Shown in pieces: positions 1 to 5,363 of a stretch of 5,363 bases of DNA. This DNA is from Octopus sinensis (lineage: Eukaryota), in the NCBI RefSeq assembly GCF_006345805.1, contig NW_021830064.1:1-5363 (forward strand), in the 5' to 3' direction. Position 1 is the first letter of the stretch; every line of letters begins with the position of its first letter. A program made the position numbers and the translations under genes. The notes under the pieces are model-generated. The model was given only the letters and a program-made list of their open reading frames with translations, did no database searches and was not told the origin of the DNA.

Positions 1-761
1 CCAAGTCAGTTCCCTCGTGGATAGGGTGTATACCTTCATGCTGATATCAGAATGGAGTTCGGACTGAAAAAAATGTGGGTGTTTAGTCTTGAAGAGAGGC
101 AAAATCAAATGTATGGACGGACTAACGATACCGTCGGGGGAGGTTATGAAGCATGTAAAGAGACGGGCTATAAGTACTTGGGGATTTGGGAAATGGATAA
201 ATTAATAGAGAAAGAAATGACAGAATAAAAATTTAAAGTGGAGTACTTATGCAGGCTGAGACTGATCCTTAAGTCGAAATTAAACGGACGGAATAAGATC
301 GAAGCTATCAAAATTTGGGCGGTTTCACTCCTTAGACATGGAGCAGGAGTAATCGCATGGACAGTAGACGAACTAAACAGCTTAGACAGAAAGACAAGGA
401 TGTTGCTAACTAGATATGGGTCACTCCACTCAAAAAGTGACACAGACAGACTGTATGTACTACCAAGAAAAAGAGGGGAAAGAGGACTTATTGGATGCGA
501 ACACAGCATTAGAGCAGAAGAAAACAACATAGTATGGTATGTAAAACATGCCACAGAACCGCTATTATTAGAAGTAGAAAGGTCAGACTTGTGTAGGATG
601 AAAGATTGCTATGATAAAGCATTATACAAAAAATTGAAAACGAATGAAACTGAAAATGTGTGGGTAAAGAAAAGAATGCATGGTCAATTTCATAGGGATG
701 TTGAAGATAAGACAGACAGAGAAAAAGATGGCTGTGGATGGCTAGAAGTGATTTAAAACCG
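1..761 (+). mobile_element. Decayed non-LTR retrotransposon (LINE) pol fragment, late reverse transcriptase and downstream region, R4/Dong-like
   Basis: Manual translation across frameshifts gives QVSSLVDRVYTF / ADIRMEFGLKK / CGCLVLKRGKIKCMDGLTIPSGEVMKHV / ETGYKYLGIWE...KFKVEYLCRLRLILKSKLNGRNKIEAIKIWAVSLLRHGAG...LHSKSDTDRLYVLPRKRGERGL...KRMHGQFHR / KRWLWMARSDLKP. MEFGLxKC and YKYLG are the last RT motifs. The LHxKSDxDRLYxPRKxGGRGL-like and MHGQF motifs match R4/Dong-type REL-endonuclease LINEs as I recall them; the clade call needs a search. The element runs off the left edge. Confidence 0.88.
229..756 (+). pseudogene. Longest surviving open segment of the LINE pol ORF (the 172-aa ORF in the track); non-functional
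   Basis: The frame 1 segment is preceded by an in-frame TAA at 226-228. Frameshifts occur at ~38-40, in the A7 run at 67-73, at ~158-160 and in the A run at 722-726. Homology stops at DLKP (761), before the expected CCHC knuckle and REL endonuclease. Confidence 0.8.
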
Positions 762-950
762 CATTTGGTTTGTTTACATTTGCGTAACCTAAGCAATTCA
801 GCAAAGGAGACCGATAAAATAAGTAGGAGACTTTAAAAAAAAATAATAATAATAATAAAATAAGTACTGCGATGGATTACTTCGACCAAAATCCTTTAAG
901 GCGATGCACCAGCATGGCCGCAATGCAATGATCGGAGCAAGTAAAACAGA
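757..950 (+). mobile_element. 5'-truncated, diverged SINE (3' half of an octopus-type SINE family)
   Basis: GTTTAC...CGTAACCT..GCAAAGGAGACCGATAAAATAAGTA...AATAAGTACTG...TCGAC...GGCGATGCACCAGCATGGCCGCA..CAATGA...CAAGTAAAA is colinear with the 3' half of an abundant Octopus SINE as I recall it. It has an internal 12-bp direct repeat ATAAAATAAGTA (814-825, 855-866). It shares a module with the SINE at 4219-4448, which can be seen within this window. Confidence 0.65.
835..856 (+). repeat. A9 run plus (AAT)5 microsatellite inside the SINE remnant
   Basis: A run 835-843 overlaps AAT x5 at 842-856. Confidence 0.9.
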
Positions 951-1083
951 AAGAAAGGAAAGGAAATATTAGAGACAAACAGGAAAATAAAAGAAAGAAT
1001 ATGTTTTAAATCATCTTCCGTTCAAAAAAAAGAAAATTAATACCGTAACAAAAGTAGGGGGCAAAAGGCAGAAATAAACGGTT

Positions 1084-1085
1084 GA

Positions 1086-1121
<36 letters not shown>

Positions 1122-1647
1122 AACGGTTGAAAGAAAGAAAGGAAGAAAGGAAGGAAGGAAGAAGGAAGAAAGAAAGAAAGAAAGGAAGGAAGGAAGGAAG
1201 AAAGAAAGAAAGAAAGAAAGAAAGGAAGGAAGGAAGGAAGGAAGGATGAAAGAAGAAAGAAAGAAAGAAAGAAGGAAGGAAGGAAGGAAGAAAGAAAGAA
1301 AGAAAGAAATGAAGGAAGGAAGAAAGAATGAAAGAAAGAAAGAAAGAAGAAAGAACGAAAGGAAGAAAGAAAGAAAGAAGAAAGGAAGGAAAAAAGAAAG
1401 AAGAACGAAAGAAAGAATGAAAGAAAGAAGAAAGAAAGAAAGAAGAGAGGAAAGAAAGAAAGAGAGAAAGGAAGAAAGAAAGAAAGAAAGAAAAAGGAAA
1501 AAAGAAAGAAAGAAGGAAAGAAAGAAAGAAAGAAAAAAAGAAGAAAGAAAAAGAAAGAAGAAAGAAATAAAGAAAGAAGGAAAGAAAGAAAGAATGAAAG
1601 AAAGAAAAAAGAAAGAAAGAAGGAAAGAAAGAAAGAAAGAAAGGAAG

Positions 1648-1678
<31 letters not shown>

Positions 1679-2450
1679 TGAAAGAAAGAACAAAGAAACA
1701 AAGAAAGAAAAGAAAGAAAGAAGGAAAGAAGAAGAAGAAGGAAAGAAAGAAAGAAAAGCAAGAAAGGAAATGAAAGAAAGAAGGAAGGAAAGAAAGAGAG
1801 AAAGGAAGGAAGAAAGAAGAAAGAAAAAGAAGGAAAGAAAGAAAAAAAGAAGAAGAGAAAGAAAAAGGAAAGAAAGAAAGAAAGAAAGAAAGAAAGAAAA
1901 AAGGAAGGAAGGAAGAAAGAAAGAACGGAAGGAAGAAAGAAAGGAGTAAGACAGACGAAGAAAGAAGAAAGAAGGAAAGAAGAAAGAAAGAAGAAAGGAA
2001 GAAAGGAAGAAGAAAGAAAGAAACGGTTGAAAGAAAGAAAGAAAGAAAGGAGAAAGCAGGAAGGAACGGAAGGAAGAAAGAAAGAAAAAGGAGGAAGGAA
2101 GGAAGAAGAAAAAAGAAAGAAAGAAAGAAGGAAGGAAGGAAGGAAGAAAGAAAGAAAGAAAGAAAGAAAGGAAGGAAGGAAGAAAGAAAGAAAAAGAAAG
2201 AAGGAAGGAGAAAGAAAGAAAGAAAGGAAGAAAGAAAGAAAGAAGGAAAGAAAGAAAGAAAGAAAGAAAGGAAGGAAAAAAGAAAGAAAGAAAGAAAGAT
2301 GAAAGAAAGAAGAAAGAAAGAAAGAAGAAAGAAAGAAAGAAAGGAAGAAAGAAAGAAAGAAAGAAGAAAGAAAGAAGAAAGAAAGAAAGAAAGAAAGGAA
2401 GGAAGAAAGAAATAAAGAAAGAAAGAAGGAAAGAAGAAGAAAGAAAGAAA

Positions 2451-2499
<49 letters not shown>

Positions 2500-2524
2500 A
2501 GAAAGAAAGAAAGAAAGAAAGGAA

Positions 2525-2558
<34 letters not shown>

Positions 2559-2876
2559 ATGAAAGAAAGAAGAAAGAAAGAAAGAAAGAAAGAAAGAAGA
2601 AAGAGAGGAGAAAAGAAAAGAAAAAGGCAAAGAAAGAAAGAAAGAAACAGAAAGAAAAAAGAAAATACAGAAGAAAGAAAGAAAGAAATAAGGAAAGAAA
2701 GAAATGAGAAAGAAAGAAGAAGGAAGGAAAGAAGAAAGAAAGAAAAGGAAAAAGGAAGAGAAAGAAGAAAGAAATAAAGAAAGAAAGAAGAAGGAAGAAA
2801 TGAAAAAAGAAAAGAAAGAAAGAAGAAAGAAAATCAAGAAAGAACGAAGGAAAGAAAGAAAGAAAGAAAGAAAGAA
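1084..2876. repeat. ~1.8 kb polypurine/polypyrimidine simple-repeat tract, (GAAA)n mixed with GGAA and GAA
   Basis: The + strand is almost entirely A/G. Perfect runs include (GAAA)10 at 1084-1123 and (GAAA)11 at 2454-2497. Pyrimidines occur only as sparse interruptions (AACGGTTG, AATG, AATA, AACG, GCA). Confidence 0.98.
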
Positions 2877-3091
2877 TAGTTGAGATATTGCGGAATACCT
2901 GTAAAGGGTAAACAGTAAGAATTCTATCAACGATGGAGACAAACTATTTCCAGAAATTTTTCCACCCAACCACCCACACCCACACAACTGTACAACACGT
3001 CGAAACCTTCAATATACAGTAAATATAGAAACATTCCCAATGGCACCTTTTATATTTTAGCTGAAGTTTCTATTACTACATATATATCTAA

Positions 3092-3248
3092 GTGCGTGTG
3101 TGAGTGTTGTGTGTGTGTGTGTGTGAGTGAGTGCGTGTTAGTCATTTGTATTACTCACGTTGTTGTTGTTGTTGTTGGCTGTGTGTGCGTATGTGTGTAT
3201 ATATATATATATATATATGAGTGTGTGTGTGTGTGTGTGTGTGTGTGT
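3092..3248. repeat. Compound microsatellite: degenerate (GT)n, (GTT)6, (TA)10, (GT)14
   Basis: Degenerate GT at 3092-3137, (GTT)6 at 3159-3176, (TA)10 at 3198-3217, (GT)14 at 3221-3248. Confidence 0.96.
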
Positions 3249-3304
3249 ATCAATGCTTGATTTTTAGTTATAATAAAAACATTTTTACATCAATCTGGTG
3301 AGTC

Positions 3305-3324
3305 ACTCTACACTTTTGTAGAGT
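3305..3324. other. Perfect 8-bp inverted repeat (hairpin, 4-nt loop)
   Basis: ACTCTACA-CTTT-TGTAGAGT. Confidence 0.85.
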
Positions 3325-3868
3325 ACAAATCTATTGTCCACAAACAAAAATGTGGTTGACACTGACTTCAAAGCTTCCACTTGCCAAGCCGACGAATGGG
3401 TTAGCTGGCCGAATCTTCGAAGTCGATGACAACAAGATATACATATGTATAATAACTGTATATAATATATATCATAATGATATTTATTCTCCGATTCTAA
3501 GCGACAATTTTTTAAAAATATAAACAAATAACTGAAAAATGATGAGCTAACCGTAGGCTGAATCGAATTCACAAATCAAGGCTTCCATGGCTCCTTGCTG
3601 ATCTGATTAGCCAAACGCTCACCCATCAATTTCAGTCAAATTTATTTCTTTGTTGTTCCTTATTGCTTCAAAAACTGACTTTCTGACTTCGGCGTATTAG
3701 GTATGAAAAGATTCAGTAATCTTTCGGCTACCAAATAAAGTATATTTTTTACACAACTCATTTTTACTACAAAAATAACCTCGAAAACGAAGTCGCGTCG
3801 CACAATTTTGTGGTCTTTAGCTAAGGGAGACAATTCTGCTGGACATAATACTCCATATAACAACAAAT

Positions 3869-3885
3869 ACACACACACACACACA
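3869..3885. repeat. (AC)8 microsatellite
   Basis: Read directly. Confidence 0.95.
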
Positions 3886-3890
3886 TATTA

Positions 3891-4040
3891 GGTACAAAAA
3901 TGAATGTGTGGTTGAGAAGCTTGATTCCCAACCACATGGTTCTACTTTCAGTCACGCTGTATGTTACCTTCGGCAAGTGTTTTCTAATATAGCCTTAGGC
4001 CCACCACAGACTTGGGACTGAATTTGGTAGACGGAAACTG
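3891..4040 (+). mobile_element. Old, diverged tRNA-derived SINE, 5' half (head and core), 3'-truncated
   Basis: TGTGTGGTTGAGAAGCTTG..CCCAACCACATGGTTC...TTCAGTC...ACCTTCGGCAAGTGTTTTCTA.TATAGCCT..GGCC.ACCA...CTTG.GA.TG.ATTTGGTAGACGGAAACTG matches the 5' half of a common Octopus SINE as I recall it. It has a CCTT(G)GGCAAG core-like motif (3967-3977), a degraded B box and an inverted repeat TGTGGTTG/CAACCACA (3907-3914, 3929-3936). Confidence 0.75.
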
Positions 4041-4167
4041 CAGTGTTGTTCGTCAGGAAATGACCGAAAAAACATGTTTATAAAGAAGAGTTGTTTACTT
4101 CATACTCCTCGTGTGCTGATTCTGCCCATAAGAAAGGAACAAATAATACAATATGGCTGTAGGTCAT

Positions 4168-4195
4168 AACACCTGGGCAACCCTGGTGTTGCTAG
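4168..4195 (+). mobile_element. Helitron-type 3' terminus (hairpin followed by CTAG, then T)
   Basis: AACACC-T-GGG-CAA-CCC-T-GGTGTT forms a 9-bp stem with one T:T mismatch and a CAA loop. CTAG follows at 4192-4195 and T at 4196. A subterminal hairpin, a CTRR end and a 3' flanking T are the canonical Helitron signature. The GGGCAAC loop motif resembles the CCGGGCAACGCCGGG..CTAG ends I recall from invertebrate non-autonomous Helitrons. The hairpin-to-CTAG spacing is shorter than typical. Confidence 0.55.
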
Positions 4196-4218
4196 TATCA
4201 TTATATAACTATGTATAA

Positions 4219-4448
4219 GGCGGCGAGCTGGCAGAAACGTTAGCGCGCAGGGTGAAATGCTTAGCGGTATTTCGTCTGTCGTTACGTTGAGTTCGAATTC
4301 CGCCGAGGTTGACTTTGTCTTTCATCCTTTCGGGGTCGATAAATAAAGTACCAGTTTCGCACTGGGGTCGATGTAATCGACTTAAACCCTTTGTTTGTCC
4401 TTGTTTGTCCCCTCTATGTTTATACCCCCTTGTGGGTAGTAAAGAAAT
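4219..4448 (+). mobile_element. Full-length tRNA-derived SINE with target-site duplication
   Basis: It starts GGCGGCGAGCTGGCAG and has an A-box-like TGGCAGAAACG (4229-4239) and a B-box-like GAGTTCGAATTCC (4289-4301). The body has GGGGTCGAT twice (4332-4340, 4364-4372) and ends AGTAAAGAAAT. Flanks TATATAACTATGTAT (4202-4216) and TATATAACTAAGTAT (4450-4464) are 14/15 identical, consistent with a TSD. Confidence 0.9.
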
Positions 4449-4486
4449 ATATATAACTAAGTATGCGTAATGTGTGTGTATGTATA

Positions 4487-4502
4487 TCACGTGATCACGT
4501 GA
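4487..4502. promoter_or_regulatory. Perfect 16-bp palindrome containing two tandem E-boxes (TCACGTGA x2) at the SINE 3' end
   Basis: TCACGTGATCACGTGA is its own reverse complement. The motif is certain; a function is not shown. Confidence 0.4.
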
Positions 4503-4791
4503 CCGACCAGACCATCAGATGTTGTTACACATCGCTGGTCACAATGCGTTCGCATTGTTTTAGCCTTCGAATGACGCCACCCCGCTGGCTAAGCGAGCAG
4601 GCCAATAGAAGAAAGAGTGGGAGAAAGAGTGGTGAAAGAGTACAGCAGGGATCACCACCCCCTGCCGGAGACTCGTGGAGCTTTAGGTGTTTTCGCTCAA
4701 TAAACACTCACAACGCCCGGTATGGGAATCGAAACCGCGATCTTACGACGGCGAGTCCGCTGCCCTAACCACTGGGCCATTGCGCCTCCAC
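4488..4791 (-). mobile_element. Full-length tRNA-derived SINE (tRNA-Arg-like head) with target-site duplication
   Basis: The minus strand reads GGAGGCGCAATGGCCCAGTGGTTAGGGCAGCGGACTCGCCGTCGTAAGATCGCGGTTTCGATTCCCATACCGGGCG. The D-stem GCCC/GGGC is intact and the A and B boxes are good, but there is no proper acceptor stem. It is flanked by an identical 12-mer GTGTATGTATAT (4476-4487, 4792-4803), which is low complexity. tRNA-Arg-derived SINEs (OR1/OR2) are known in octopus; the family assignment is not verified. Confidence 0.9.
4724..4779 (-). promoter_or_regulatory. Internal RNA polymerase III type-2 promoter of the SINE (A box + B box)
   Basis: A box TGGCCCAGTGG (4779-4769) matches TRGCNNARYGG. 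B box GGTTTCGATTCCC (4736-4724). The spacing is tRNA-like. Confidence 0.75.
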
Positions 4792-5130
4792 GTGTATGTA
4801 TATACGTATACATATAAGCATACCTGTACGCATATAAACATGTATATTCGCAAATACACACGCACTCACACATACATACAAATACGATCACATACACACT
4901 CATATTTAAAGCGGTAAATTCTAGATATTTATTCATATCATTGCGTGTTCTAATCATACATGCATTAATAATTCTCTGTGCATGCACCCGTGTGTCTGAT
5001 TTTGTACAACGCATGCGCCTCTGTCTGTGTGTGTGTGTGTCTGTGTGTATGTGTGTGTACATGTGTTTATACGCATATATGTACATCTCTAAGCTTATCT
5101 GCGTGCCTGCCTATGTCTATGTGTATGGAT
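4792..5130. repeat. Degenerate alternating purine-pyrimidine low-complexity region, CA/TA-rich then TG-rich
   Basis: CA/TA-rich at ~4792-4900, AT-rich spacer, TG-rich at ~4976-5130. Confidence 0.85.
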
Positions 5131-5247
5131 ATCTCTAGGCCTGTGGTAAAGTCATTAGTAAACCGATAAAACTCCTTTGTTCTCTTCTAAAAGTCCCTCA
5201 TAGTCTCCCTTTACTTTCCCATTTCATGCCTTTCGTGTGAAATTTTT

Positions 5248-5265
5248 CATCATCATCATCATCAT
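5248..5265. repeat. (CAT)6 microsatellite
   Basis: Read directly. Confidence 0.95.
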
Positions 5266-5287
5266 AAAACTTCCTTCCCTTTGTCAC

Positions 5288-5344
5288 TAATAATAATAAT
5301 AAGATAATGATAACTATCAGCTGCTTAGTTATATATATATATAT
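5288..5344. repeat. (TAA)5 with degenerate extension, and (TA)7
   Basis: (TAA)5 at 5288-5302 then GATAATGATAA; (TA)7 at 5330-5343. Confidence 0.93.
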
Positions 5345-5363
5345 CTAATTTATTTATATAATA

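Noticed and set aside
168-796. Minus-strand ORFs 168-554 and 509-796
   Set aside because: They are antisense shadows of the LINE coding frame.
842-856. (AAT)5 as the microsatellite target or tail of the Dong-like LINE
   Set aside because: It lies inside the SINE remnant ~80 bp beyond the LINE breakpoint, and the LINE 3' end is absent.
1076-2033. CRISPR-like or regularly spaced array suggested by the recurring AAACGGTTGAAAG
   Set aside because: The spacing is irregular (45 and 900 bp), the intervening DNA is simple repeat, and the context is eukaryotic.
1246-2777. Plus-strand K/E/R-rich ORFs (175, 91 and 72 aa)
   Set aside because: They are translations of (GAAA)n; stop codons need T, which is nearly absent.
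1045-2915. Minus-strand acceptor (TTTACAG|G near 2900) and donor (CG|GTATTA near 1045) bracketing the whole tract as one exon
   Set aside because: The exon would encode only repeat-derived F/L/S sequence, and chance splice-like signals are common in AT-rich DNA.
1006-2987. Long minus-strand ORFs (658, 251 and 218 aa), F/L/S-rich
   Set aside because: They are artefacts of the CT-only strand, which can hardly form stop codons. There is no domain content.
3298-3321. Ultra-short GT-AG introns (24 nt at 3298-3321; 20-25 nt on the minus strand near 3600-3622), which would suggest a parasite with tiny introns such as a dicyemid
   Set aside because: Splicing them out does not restore an open frame, and the region is embedded among host-type SINEs.
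3607-3700. Stop-codon reassignment, a degenerate Walker A (G*AFG*S) on the minus strand, or a kinase DFG motif (LSDFG) on the plus strand
   Set aside because: A nuclear metazoan context makes recoding implausible. The Walker spacing is one residue short with no helicase motifs after it, and DFG is isolated and preceded by a stop.
4715-4789. Possible tRNA gene on the minus strand
   Set aside because: The D-arm and boxes are present, but there is no proper acceptor stem or anticodon arm. It continues into a SINE body bounded by TSDs.
4209-5169. Short ORFs of 60-129 aa over the SINEs and the RY region
   Set aside because: They cross SINE and microsatellite boundaries and give YT/HT/CV dipeptide repeats.

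Overview
AT-rich, repeat-dominated eukaryotic DNA with no intact protein-coding gene. It is probably from an octopus or related cephalopod; this is inferred from my recollection of the SINE families, not from a search. Bases 1-761 are a decayed non-LTR retrotransposon pol fragment (late RT motifs, R4/Dong-like). It is joined directly to the 3' half of a SINE (~757-950). A ~1.8 kb purine-only (GAAA/GGAA/GAA)n tract follows (1084-2876) and explains all the long K/E/R-rich and F/L/S-rich ORFs. The middle (3069-4195) holds compound microsatellites, two cryptic coding-like stretches and a SINE 5' half, and ends in a Helitron-type hairpin+CTAG terminus. Two full-length tRNA-derived SINEs, each with a visible target-site duplication, lie tail-to-tail at 4219-4448 (+) and 4488-4791 (-). 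Low-complexity RY and triplet repeats fill the rest. I see no convincing novel biological system. The best leads are a possible ~1.1 kb non-autonomous Helitron carrying captured fragments, a coding-like periodic stretch of unknown origin, higher-order structure in the purine tract, and a SINE-borne double E-box.
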